Position numbers and translations under genes: made by a program. Source: an uncultured Myxococcales bacterium (GTDB taxonomy: Bacteria; Myxococcota_A; Polyangia; Polyangiales; Houyiibacteriaceae). From it: a stretch of 55,519 bases of DNA. The notes beneath the pieces are model-generated. The model ran no database searches, was not told the origin of the DNA, and saw nothing but the letters and a program-made list of their open reading frames with translations. Within the stretch, counting starts at the first letter, position 1. Each line of letters starts with the position of its first letter. The stretch is taken from positions 1-55,519 of the forward strand of contig CALCTH010000562.1 of assembly GCA_937893795.1 (NCBI GenBank), read 5' to 3'. Below are positions 44,459 to 53,435 of this stretch, piece after piece.

Positions 44459-45679
44459 ATGACGCACGTCCCGACACATTGGACCGGCATCGGTCTCCTC
44501 ATCGCCTCGTCACTGCTCGCCTGCGGGGAGGCGAACGAGCCTACTGATGGCCCCGGCGACGCAGATGCCGGTGCGATGGATGCAGGCACGAGGGACGCCG
44601 GGTCCATGGACGGCGGTTCGCTGGATGGTGCGCCGCCGGATGACGCAGGCTCGCCGCCCGACGCCGGGGGAACGCCCGACGAGCTGGTCGCAGCCATGCT
44701 CGACCTGGTCGATACCGAAGTGGACCCCAGCTACGTCTACGAGTTCGAGGGCGCCCGCTTCGTCCCGCCGGAGGGCAAGACGCTGCTCATCCTCGGGCAG
44801 ACCCTCGACGCGGTCGAGGAGCTCACCACGAGCTTCCCCGACGCGCCGACTCCCGGCGGCTGGTCGGCCTACTGGGGCATCCCGTCGATGGACTACGTGA
44901 CTCGCGAGACGACGAACGAGACGGGCGACCGGCACCACCATCAGGCCCTCGTGGAGCGATTCCCCAACACGGTGCTCCACAGCGGGATGTGGATGGTGGG
45001 AACGTGGGGCGTTGCCCAGCGAACGGTGGACGGTGAGTTCGACCCGGTCATCCGTGACTTCAGCACCTGGGCCAAGGCCGCCGCGCGCCCGATCTACCTC
45101 CGCATCGGCTACGAGTTCGACGGACCGCACAACGAGCTCGACCCCGCCACGTACATCGCCGCCTACCGCCGCATCGTAGACATCATGCGCGAGGAAGGCG
45201 TCCAAAACGTGGCCTTCGTCTGGCACTCCTTCGCCGCGCCGCCGGCGGGCGGGCGCCCCATCTCGGCGTGGTGGCCCGGCGACGACTACGTCGACTGGGT
45301 CGCCGTGTCCCTCTTCGGACAGCTCTACGCGAGGACGCCCGGACGCTGGGTGGACGCGGTCTTCGACTACGCGCGGGAAAAGCGAAAGCCCGTCCTGGTG
45401 GCAGAGGCGAGCCCGACCAACGGCATCAACCCCGGCAGCAACGCGGTCTGGGCCAGCTGGTTCGCGAAGCTCTTCTCGTTGAGCTACGCGCGGAACATCA
45501 AGGCCATCGCCTTCATCAGCCAGAACTGGCGCCGAAACCCCTCGAATGGCGTCACCTGGGAGGACGCGCGGCTGTCGAACAACCCGCTCGTCGGCCGGGC
45601 CTTCTTCGCCGAGACCAACCAGGACCGCTACCTCAAGCAGTCCCCCGAGCTCTTCGAAGAGCTTGGCTACACGCCCTAG
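44459..45679 (+). CDS. GH26 glycoside hydrolase lipoprotein, beta-1,3-xylanase-like
   Basis: Lipobox LLAC; PIYLRIGYEFDGPHN (acid/base Glu), AFVWH, WWPGDDYVDWV, KPVLVAEASP (nucleophile Glu), W.DARL; ends SPELFEELGY. Confidence 0.88.
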   Translation: MTHVPTHWTGIGLLIASSLLACGEANEPTDGPGDADAGAMDAGTRDAGSMDGGSLDGAPPDDAGSPPDAGGTPDELVAAMLDLVDTEVDPSYVYEFEGARFVPPEGKTLLILGQTLDAVEELTTSFPDAPTPGGWSAYWGIPSMDYVTRETTNETGDRHHHQALVERFPNTVLHSGMWMVGTWGVAQRTVDGEFDPVIRDFSTWAKAAARPIYLRIGYEFDGPHNELDPATYIAAYRRIVDIMREEGVQNVAFVWHSFAAPPAGGRPISAWWPGDDYVDWVAVSLFGQLYARTPGRWVDAVFDYAREKRKPVLVAEASPTNGINPGSNAVWASWFAKLFSLSYARNIKAIAFISQNWRRNPSNGVTWEDARLSNNPLVGRAFFAETNQDRYLKQSPELFEELGYTP

Positions 45680-45706
45680 ACCGCGCCGCACCTCGTACGA
45701 GGCACC

Positions 45707-46507
45707 TCAGGGCAAGAGATCGAGGTGCCGGAGCGGAGCTTCGCTCGCGTCGTCGAGGGGCACGATCAACTCGATGTCGAGGCCTTCGAGCGATGCGTCG
45801 AAGAGGGCGCCGAGCTGACCGAGCAGCGAGGTGATCTGAAGCCGCTCGCCGCCGGGTAGCTCGATCGCGATGGGGAGGATGCCGGCCGTCGGCGGGGCCG
45901 GATCATGGGGCGAGATGTGGTCGAAGAGCCCGCGCTCGAGCGCCTCGTCGAGCGTCTCCCGCACGAAGGCCGAGCGTGCCGCCGCGTCCTGGAGGCGATG
46001 GAAGAGGGCCGTGCTCGCTTCCTTCCAGTTGGTGACGAAGGCTCGAAACCCGTCCGAGAGCAGGATGCGGAGCATGTTGCGTTCGTGGCCCATGGTCGCG
46101 ATGAGGCGTGCGCCGGCGGCGTTCTCCCGGAGGAGGTTCCAGTCGTGGTCGAGCACGAACGCCGGGAAGGGCCAGTGCGAGAGGACGCGGCGCTCGAGGA
46201 GCGCGAGGCCCGCGGCGCGAGCCTGCGGGTCGGGCGTCGTCGAGAAGGGGTTCTCGAAGCCCGACGCCCGGAAGAGCGTCCGGCGCTGCGGATCGCTGAG
46301 CGGCAGCTCCGCGCAGAGGCGCCCCAGCATGCGGCGGCTCGGCGCCGACCGGCCCGTTTCCAGGAAGGAGACGTGGCGCTGGGTCGTGCTGATCTTCTGC
46401 GCGAGCGCGAGCTGCGTGAGGCCAAGCTGGTGGCGTACGCTGCGAAGCGCCGCCCCGAAACCGTCGTCGAGGGAGATCACCGGATGTCCGTGAGGCTGCG
46501 TGACCAT
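45707..46507 (-). CDS. XRE-family HTH regulator with MmyB-like ligand-binding domain
   Basis: FGAALRSVR...LTQLALA...RHVSFLETGRSAPSR and PFPAFVLDHDWNLLREN. Confidence 0.9.
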   Translation of the reverse strand: MVTQPHGHPVISLDDGFGAALRSVRHQLGLTQLALAQKISTTQRHVSFLETGRSAPSRRMLGRLCAELPLSDPQRRTLFRASGFENPFSTTPDPQARAAGLALLERRVLSHWPFPAFVLDHDWNLLRENAAGARLIATMGHERNMLRILLSDGFRAFVTNWKEASTALFHRLQDAAARSAFVRETLDEALERGLFDHISPHDPAPPTAGILPIAIELPGGERLQITSLLGQLGALFDASLEGLDIELIVPLDDASEAPLRHLDLLP

Positions 46508-46519
46508 TGCGCAAGGCTC

Positions 46520-46536
46520 ATTCCCTCCGACGGAAT
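46520..46536. promoter_or_regulatory. Palindromic operator ATTCC-N7-GGAAT between the MmyB-like regulator and the MAPEG gene
   Basis: ATTCCCTCCGACGGAAT lies in the divergent promoter just upstream of the regulator start. Confidence 0.55.
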
Positions 46537-46605
46537 CGACGGTCGTCGAGCGCGCCGTAGGTGTGCTGTCGGGCGACGCTCGCCCCGCAACACGGGAACG
46601 ACACG

Positions 46606-46986
46606 ATGACGATGTGGCTCTTGGCCGGCCTCGGCCTCTATCTCTTCCAGATCTACCTGCCGACGACGCTCTTCCTGCCGGCGGAGGGCGTCATGAACCA
46701 CCTGGGCGGGCGCGACGCGCTGCCGGAGCCGAGCAAGTGGGTGGGACGGTCTCGCCGCGCGCTCGCCAACATGCAGGAGAACCTCCCGATCTTCGCCACG
46801 CTCGGACTCCTCTGCATGGTGGTCCCAGGCGCGGACAGCGAGCTCGCGGTCCAGGGGGCCGCGGTGTTCGTCATCGCCCGCATCCTCTACGTGCCGGCCT
46901 ACCTCTTGGCCCTCACGGGGGTGCGGAGCGCGTTCTATCTGGTGGCCCTCGGGGGTCTCGGAGCCATGCTCGTCGCGCTCCTCTGA
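46606..46986 (+). CDS. MAPEG family membrane protein
   Basis: GGRD...GRSRRALANMQENLPIF...FVIARILYVPAY. Confidence 0.9.
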   Translation: MTMWLLAGLGLYLFQIYLPTTLFLPAEGVMNHLGGRDALPEPSKWVGRSRRALANMQENLPIFATLGLLCMVVPGADSELAVQGAAVFVIARILYVPAYLLALTGVRSAFYLVALGGLGAMLVALL

Positions 46987-47114
46987 CGCTGCCGCGACGG
47001 ACTCTCTCCTTGCCGCGGCCCGTCTTCCCGCGCGGGTTCGCCTGGCTTCACGGACGCTCCACACCTGCGCCCTAGCGTGGCGGTGGGCGGGGAATCGCCC
47101 GAGAGGAGATGCCC

Positions 47115-48899
47115 GTGCCCCACGCTCACCCCCCGACGCTCACCATCTTGCTCGCGGTCGCCCTGCTCGCCGCCTGCGGCGAGGACGCGGCTCCGCTCGA
47201 GCCCGAGGACACGCGCTGCGAGGCCCCGCCGCTCGTGCGCACGACTGCGGCGGGCGTCGACTTCGTGCGCACGCCGGACGCCTGCTTCGCGGCGCTCCCG
47301 GACTGGCCCTACGCGCCGCGCTACGTGGAGCTCGACGGCCTCCGGCAGGCCTACGTGGAGGAGGGTCCCGAGGACGGACCCGTCGTGCTGCTGCTCCACG
47401 GGCAGCCCTCCTGGTCGTACCTCTACCGGAAGATGATCCCCGTGCTCGCCGAGGCGGGATACCGGGTGATCGCGATGGACCACCTGGGGATGGGCCGCTC
47501 GGACAAGCCGGTGGACATCGGGGCCTACAGCTACCTCGGGCACGGTGCGCGGCTCCTCGGCTTCATGGACGCGCTCGCTCTCGAGGACATCCACCTCTTC
47601 GTGCAGGACTGGGGGAGCCTCGTCGGGCTCCGCGTGGCGGGGCTGAACCCCGAGCGCTTCGCGCGCATCGCCGTCGGCAACGGCGCGCTGCCCGTGGTCC
47701 CGGCGGGGACGGAGCTCATCGCGCCCATCGAGGACCCGGACACGCCGGCGGCGCTCATGAGTCCCTTCGCCGCGGTGCCGGATCAGCAGGTGCCGTTCTA
47801 CGAGGGCGAGGACGGCTGCGACCCCCGTTTCCCGGCGGGCGATTTCTCCGAGGGCTTCGGGACCTGGGCGACCTACGCGATGCGGGGCGAGGACTTCCGG
47901 CCGAGCGAGGTCCTCGAGGCGCTCACCTGGTTCCCGCTGCCCGATGACGAGGAGTTGGCCTACGACGCGCCCTACCCCTCGCGCAGCTACATGGCCGGCG
48001 TGCGCTCGTTTCCATCGCTCGTGAACGAGCTCGGCGGAGCGAACGAGGAGGCCTGGGCGGGCCTCACGTCCTTCACGCGGCCCTTCTACACCATCTGGGG
48101 TGCCAACGACGCGGGCAACCAGGGCTCCTGCGAGGCGCAGCAGATCTTCGTCGACAACGTGCCCGGCGCTCGGGGCGTGCCGCACACCCGTGTGCCCGAG
48201 GCGGGGCACTTCCTCCAGGACGACCAGGGCGCCTTCATCGCGGAGCAGCTCGTGGCGTTCTTTGGCTTTCGGCCCTTGAGAGCGACGCCGCCGCCCTTCC
48301 GCTATTGCGAGATCCTCCTGGTGAATGGTGGCCCCGAGGGCGTCGCCGCGGACGTATGGGGGACGCAGAACGTGAGCGAGTGCCCGGCCGAGAGCTGGGA
48401 CGCGCTCGACCCCGACGAGGTGGCGGCAGAGAGCGGAGCGCTGGCCGCGCTCTTCAACGGTCCGAGGATTTGGCTCGCGCCCGGCGTCTTCGGGGAGGCG
48501 ACGGCCTTTCCCTCTCCCGAGCGCCGCACCTTCGGAGATCTCGAGATGCGGCTCCTCGCGAGCCTCTCCCTCGACCCGTCGCAGCTCGACCCGACGGCCG
48601 GGTCGACGCCCTACACGGAGAGCGACGTCCGCCGAAACACGGTGTTCCGCTTCGAGGCGGGGGCCGAGATCTACGAGCTCGAGGCGCCGGGCGGGATGCG
48701 CTACGTGATGCAGTCGCTCTCGCAGATCGTGGACGCGGAGCTCGCGCTCGAGGACCTGCCGACGCTCGGCGCGCGCCTGAGCCTCCCCGAAGGCTGGACC
48801 TACCGCGCGCGGGTGCTGGACGAAGCCCTCACGCTGGTCGCCGACGGCCTGGCCGTGGTGATCCAGGACGAGCTGACGAACACGTACCAGCGTCTTTGA
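47115..48899 (+). CDS. Lipoprotein haloalkane dehalogenase (HLD-I-like) fused to a ~200-aa C-terminal domain of unknown function
   Basis: Lipobox LLAAC; VRTPDACFAALPDWPYAPRY, LLHGQPSWSYLYRKMIP, FVQDWG (nucleophile Asp), WGAND, AGHFLQDD. SD GAGGAG; ATG 47109 is an alternative start. Confidence 0.88.
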   Translation: MPHAHPPTLTILLAVALLAACGEDAAPLEPEDTRCEAPPLVRTTAAGVDFVRTPDACFAALPDWPYAPRYVELDGLRQAYVEEGPEDGPVVLLLHGQPSWSYLYRKMIPVLAEAGYRVIAMDHLGMGRSDKPVDIGAYSYLGHGARLLGFMDALALEDIHLFVQDWGSLVGLRVAGLNPERFARIAVGNGALPVVPAGTELIAPIEDPDTPAALMSPFAAVPDQQVPFYEGEDGCDPRFPAGDFSEGFGTWATYAMRGEDFRPSEVLEALTWFPLPDDEELAYDAPYPSRSYMAGVRSFPSLVNELGGANEEAWAGLTSFTRPFYTIWGANDAGNQGSCEAQQIFVDNVPGARGVPHTRVPEAGHFLQDDQGAFIAEQLVAFFGFRPLRATPPPFRYCEILLVNGGPEGVAADVWGTQNVSECPAESWDALDPDEVAAESGALAALFNGPRIWLAPGVFGEATAFPSPERRTFGDLEMRLLASLSLDPSQLDPTAGSTPYTESDVRRNTVFRFEAGAEIYELEAPGGMRYVMQSLSQIVDAELALEDLPTLGARLSLPEGWTYRARVLDEALTLVADGLAVVIQDELTNTYQRL

Positions 48900-49012
48900 G
48901 GGCAGCGGGCCTAGGTCCTGGAAGGCGGGAACTCCGGGCGCGCACGAGGGCGCTCACCTCGCGGTGTATGCTCCGAGACCGAGGTCCGCGGCCTCGTGCC
49001 TTCGCGCGCATC

Positions 49013-50332
49013 ATGTCGAGCTCGTCCTGGAAGCGTCTCTTTCCGCCGGAGGAGCGGTTGCGTCGGCTCAAGGAATGGGACGCGCACGTCCGGCAGCAGG
49101 CGGGACGTACCTTCGTCTACGCGGGCTGGTGGTTCGTCGGCGGGCTCGGTCTCGGCTTCCTTGCGGACGTGCTCTTTCTGGGCGCGGACGATCCCGTGTG
49201 GATCCCGCGCGTGGGCGTGCTCGCGCAGATCGGCGTGCTGCTCGCGGGCATCGCCATGTTCCGCGTGTCGGCCACCGTCCGTGCCCATCCGCACCCGCTC
49301 TGCACGCTCTTCTCCGCGGTCGTCGCAGGGATCGGCGGCGTGGTGCTCGGGTCCCTCGGGGGCATGGACGGGCCGTACTTCTACGTCAGCTACCTGCTCT
49401 CGGCGACGGCCCTCGGGCTGCCCGCACACCTCGGCTGGCGCATCGGCTTCAACCTCGCCCTGCTCGCCGCCTTCTTCGCGACCTTCTTCGGTCTCCACCC
49501 GGAGCACGCCAACGTCCCGCATGCGCACGTTGCCTGGCTGCACCTGACCTGCATGAGCGTCGGCACGATCGTCTTCGGGCACGTGCTCCACCTGCAGGCT
49601 CGGGAGCTCTTCATGCACCGGGCGGCCGCCGAGCAGCGCGGCGACGCGCTCGTCGAAGAGGTGGCGCTCCGCACCGAGCGCCTCGTCGCGGTGACGGAGC
49701 GCGCCGAGCGCGTTCGCGAGGAGGAGCGCCAGGACATCGCCCGGCTCCTCCATGACGACATGGCGCAGCTCATCGTCAGCGCGCGCATCAACCTGGAGCA
49801 CCTCGAGCGCAGCGTGGACGCGGACCACGCGCGTGCGGACGTGCGCTCGCTGCGCCAGGTGGTCTCGCAGATGGAGCATTCGACGCGGAGCGTGGTCGGT
49901 GGCCTGCGCGCCGCGGAGCTGCCCTTCGAGGTGGCCGCGGAGGACCTGGTGGAGGCCTTTCGCGCCCTCGGCGAGCTCGCGATCACCTTGGAGCTCGATT
50001 GTGCGCACTCGGAGCCGGCGCGACCGGTGCGACACGCGGCCCTGCGCACGATTCAGGAGAGCCTCTCGAACGTGCTGAAGCACGCCGACGCGAAGCGCGC
50101 GACGGTCCGGGTGACGCAAAGCGGGGGCACGCTGATCGTCTCGGTGACCGACGACGGCCGTGGCCTCGACCCGGCGCGAAGGGCCGAGGGCTTCGGCCTC
50201 GAGGGAATGCGGGAGCGCGCGAGCTCGCTAGGGGGGTCGCTCTCGCTCTCGGCCGCGACGCCGCGCGGTACGGAGGTGCGCGTGGCCCTCCCGCTTCGGG
50301 CGCCGTCCGGCTCCCTGGGGTTCAGCGGGTGA
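49013..50332 (+). CDS. Membrane sensor histidine kinase (HisKA_3)
   Basis: About 5-6 TM helices, ERQDIARLLHDD, QESLSNVLKHA, DDGRG, GFGLEGMRER, GTEVRV. Confidence 0.92.
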   Translation: MSSSSWKRLFPPEERLRRLKEWDAHVRQQAGRTFVYAGWWFVGGLGLGFLADVLFLGADDPVWIPRVGVLAQIGVLLAGIAMFRVSATVRAHPHPLCTLFSAVVAGIGGVVLGSLGGMDGPYFYVSYLLSATALGLPAHLGWRIGFNLALLAAFFATFFGLHPEHANVPHAHVAWLHLTCMSVGTIVFGHVLHLQARELFMHRAAAEQRGDALVEEVALRTERLVAVTERAERVREEERQDIARLLHDDMAQLIVSARINLEHLERSVDADHARADVRSLRQVVSQMEHSTRSVVGGLRAAELPFEVAAEDLVEAFRALGELAITLELDCAHSEPARPVRHAALRTIQESLSNVLKHADAKRATVRVTQSGGTLIVSVTDDGRGLDPARRAEGFGLEGMRERASSLGGSLSLSAATPRGTEVRVALPLRAPSGSLGFSG

Positions 50333-50937
50333 TTCGTGTCTTCCTCGCCGATGACCACCCCGTCGTCCTTCAGGGCGTGAAGCGCGTTCTCGACCTCGAG
50401 GCGGACCTCGAGGTCGTGGGCGTCGCCGAGCGCGCCTACGCCCTCGCGGCGCGCGTGCAGGAGACCGGCGCGGACGTGCTGGTGCTCGACCTGGACATGC
50501 CCGGCATGGGTGGCGCGCGCACGCTCCGGAGGCTCGCGGCGGCCGGCGTCTCCGTGGTGGTCTTCAGCCACTACCCCGAGGGCGTCGTGCGTACCGACCT
50601 CCTCGCGGCCGGCGCCCGCGCCGTGGTCAGCAAGGAACGGGACCTCGCCTATCTGGCCGCGGTGCTCCGGGAGGTGGCCGCGGGCCGTGCCCCGGCGCCC
50701 GAGTCGCCGCCCGAGCTGCCGCCGCTCAGCGCGCGCGAACGTCAGGTCTTCGATGGCATCGCCCGAGGCATGCCGCTCAAGGCCCTCGCCGCGGAGCTGA
50801 ACCTCTCGATCAGCACCGTGCACACCTACGCGCTCCGCGTGCGCGAGAAGCTGAACGTGGCCACCAACGCGGATATCGGTCGCTACGCGGACCGCATGGG
50901 CCTCTCGCTCATCGGCTCGCGCGGCGAGCCCTCCTAG
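50329..50937 (+). CDS. NarL/FixJ-family response regulator (REC + LuxR HTH)
   Basis: ADDHPVV, VLDLDMPG, LSARERQV...LNLSISTVHTY. GTGA overlap with the kinase. Confidence 0.93.
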   Translation: MIRVFLADDHPVVLQGVKRVLDLEADLEVVGVAERAYALAARVQETGADVLVLDLDMPGMGGARTLRRLAAAGVSVVVFSHYPEGVVRTDLLAAGARAVVSKERDLAYLAAVLREVAAGRAPAPESPPELPPLSARERQVFDGIARGMPLKALAAELNLSISTVHTYALRVREKLNVATNADIGRYADRMGLSLIGSRGEPS

Positions 50938-50958
50938 GCGCTCCGCGCGCTGCGGCGC

Positions 50959-50990
50959 CGCCGCGTGTAGCGAAAGCACTACACGCGGCG
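50959..50990. promoter_or_regulatory. Perfect 12-bp inverted repeat, probable response-regulator site upstream of the PI-PLC gene
   Basis: CGCCGCGTGTAG-CGAAAGCA-CTACACGCGGCG, with a -10-like TAGCGT at 51006-51011 and no U-tract. Confidence 0.6.
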
Positions 50991-51080
50991 ATGGATGCAT
51001 CGGCGTAGCGTGGCGTCCTGGGAGTACGGCGCTGCATGGCGCCGCTCACGGCCGCGCGACCGGCCCAGGAGGCAGCGACG

Positions 51081-53225
51081 ATGACGAAGAGGATGCGAAG
51101 GGGAGGGCGTATGGCTTTGGCCGCGCTGCTCGTGGGGAGCGCGTTGAGCGCGGGCGCCGCAGAGGCTCAGAACGTCCGCCTGGAGGCCTGGATGACCGAG
51201 ATGAGCGGAACGCTCGGCGGCGTCCCGCTCAACCGCATCGCCATGCCCGGAAGCCACGACGCGGGCACCTACCGCATTCACCGGAGCCCGGGATGGTCAG
51301 GTGGAAGGAACAGCGCCTGGCTGACCCGGCTCATGCGCTCGATCTCCGGCAACCCCTTCGAGGCGCAGCTCGTCGCGGGACTCTCCCGTGCACGCCAGGA
51401 GAGCGCGCTCAACGACGTGCAGGGTGCGCTCTGGGCGACGCAGAGCCAATCGATCGTTCGGCAGCTCGAGCTTGGCGTCCGCTACTTCGACTTCCGCGTG
51501 AGCTGGGATCCGGAGCAGCGAGCGTGGTTCCTCTATCACGGGACCTGGGTAGAGGCCGACGAGGCCTACTTCGGCCCCATGAGCCACTCGCTCGAGAGCG
51601 AGCTCCCGGGCATCGCGCGCTTCGCGGCGACCCATCCCGGGGAGGTGTTCGTCCTCCACCTTCGCAAGCTCAACGGCGGGGGGCGGGCTGAGCGCGTGGC
51701 GCTCTACCGTCGCTTCGACCAGCTCTTCCGTTCGAACGGTCGTTCGCGGCTGGCCCCGGGAGGGGACGGCGGGCTCTCGCCGTCGAGCCGGCTCCAGGAG
51801 TTCGTCGAGGCCGGCACGAACGTCGTCCTCCTCGACGACTATGGCACGCTCTCCGAGGCCGCGCGCGCGGTCACGGGCTCCATGCCGCAGCCGCGCATCT
51901 GGGGCCCGGCCTCCAGCTTCACCGCCGGCGTGAACGACTCGAACGGCTACGTGAACGCGCCGAGCTTCCGGGCGATCCTCGACCAGGTCGAGCGCACGCT
52001 GGGGGCGCGGGAGATGGCACCGGAGCCGACGACGTTCCAGGTCACGCCGGTCTTTCCGCCGGCCAACAACCTCAAGTATTGGGCGTCGGCGATCTACGAG
52101 CGCTACGTGCGGCGCCTGCCTGGCGGGAACGAGGTCAATCGCCTGCTTCAAAGCGTGCGCGTGAGCTGCCCCGGGGGGAGCCTCCCGGACCTCGCCACGG
52201 GCCAGTGCTTCCGCTGCCCGGGAGGCTTCGACCGGAACCCGCTGGTGGCGCCGAACGCGGACGGCGCGTGCACCCAGCCGCCGCGGGAGGAGCAGCGGGC
52301 CGGCGTCCCCCGCGGGGCACCCACGGGCCTCCTCCGCACCGATTGCCCGCGTGGCGCGATCCTGAACATCGCGGACGCGCGCTGCTATGCCTGCCCCTCG
52401 GGCTTCGCGAAGAACAACCTGCAGACGGACATGCGGCAGGGGAACGCCTGCCTCCGCCACTCCCTCGGCTCGACGCGCGCCGCGGAGCCCGTGGGGCGGG
52501 CGCGGGGCATCGGCTCGGACCGCTACTTCGACCCGCAGGCGTCGTTCCTGACCATCGGCCGGGGCCTCAACGGGGCGCTGATGCGTCGGCTGGGGCGCTG
52601 GTCGGCGAACGAGTCGCTGCGCTCACGGCTCAACGTGCTCATGGTGGACAACGTCGCCATGGCCCGAGAGCCCGGCGACACGCGGGTGGATCCGAGCCTC
52701 ATGCAGGCCATCGTGGCGATGAACCGCGGCACCGTCGCGCCGGCGCCGCCGCCGCTTCGCGTGGCGACGGAGCCGGGGAGCGGACCCGCGCGAACGAACC
52801 GGCTGATCATCGGCCAGAACGAGGCGAACTATGGCCGGCACCGGCTCGTCGGAGGGTTCACGCCGGACCCGCACACCATCGGGAACGTGCGGAGTGGGGG
52901 CAGCGAGGACGTGGCGACCATGGGCCTTCCGCCCAACTGCCGCGGTTTCGCGACGCGCCAGCCGGACGTCGTGCTCGACTATTCGCAGGCGCGGGGCTTT
53001 TTGCGCTTCTACGTGCAGGCCGAGGGGGACACGGTGCTCGTCATCAACGACGCCCGCGGCAACTGGCACTGCAACGACGACACGGCGGGCCGGAACCCGC
53101 AGGTGGACATCCGGAACCCGCCCGCCGGCCACTACGACATCTGGGTCGCGAGCTACGCGCGGGGGCAGAACACGACGGGGACGCTCCACATCACCGAGCT
53201 CACGAGCCGGAGCGTCCAGCCTTAG
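51081..53225 (+). CDS. Secreted phosphatidylinositol-specific phospholipase C (PI-PLC X) domain protein with Cys-rich insert and C-terminal PPC-like domain
   Basis: Signal ending AEA; MPGSHDAGTY, TQSQSIVRQLELGVRYFDFRV, FLYHG, HPGEVFVL, LNVLMVD; C-terminal GFTPDP...DTVLVIN...WHCNDD...GHYDIWV. SD AGGAGG. Confidence 0.85.
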   Translation: MTKRMRRGGRMALAALLVGSALSAGAAEAQNVRLEAWMTEMSGTLGGVPLNRIAMPGSHDAGTYRIHRSPGWSGGRNSAWLTRLMRSISGNPFEAQLVAGLSRARQESALNDVQGALWATQSQSIVRQLELGVRYFDFRVSWDPEQRAWFLYHGTWVEADEAYFGPMSHSLESELPGIARFAATHPGEVFVLHLRKLNGGGRAERVALYRRFDQLFRSNGRSRLAPGGDGGLSPSSRLQEFVEAGTNVVLLDDYGTLSEAARAVTGSMPQPRIWGPASSFTAGVNDSNGYVNAPSFRAILDQVERTLGAREMAPEPTTFQVTPVFPPANNLKYWASAIYERYVRRLPGGNEVNRLLQSVRVSCPGGSLPDLATGQCFRCPGGFDRNPLVAPNADGACTQPPREEQRAGVPRGAPTGLLRTDCPRGAILNIADARCYACPSGFAKNNLQTDMRQGNACLRHSLGSTRAAEPVGRARGIGSDRYFDPQASFLTIGRGLNGALMRRLGRWSANESLRSRLNVLMVDNVAMAREPGDTRVDPSLMQAIVAMNRGTVAPAPPPLRVATEPGSGPARTNRLIIGQNEANYGRHRLVGGFTPDPHTIGNVRSGGSEDVATMGLPPNCRGFATRQPDVVLDYSQARGFLRFYVQAEGDTVLVINDARGNWHCNDDTAGRNPQVDIRNPPAGHYDIWVASYARGQNTTGTLHITELTSRSVQP

Positions 53226-53435
53226 GCCATGCGGCGGCACCTGGGGACAACACCTCGCAGACCCAATCCGCGCGAGCCTCCGGGCCGGGGTGGACATCGA
53301 GGGAGAGTATCGCTCGGGTCGGAACCACGAGTGGCGGGGCGACGAGCCGAGCGCTCGTGGTCTGGGCGCCGGCGGGCGCGCACCGAAGGCTCCGAGGTCA
53401 GGGCCTCATCGCCGGCACGGCGGTCATGAACAGCG

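Noticed and set aside
50959-50990. Rho-independent terminator
   Set aside because: No U-tract on either strand; position fits an activator site better, though termination is not excluded.
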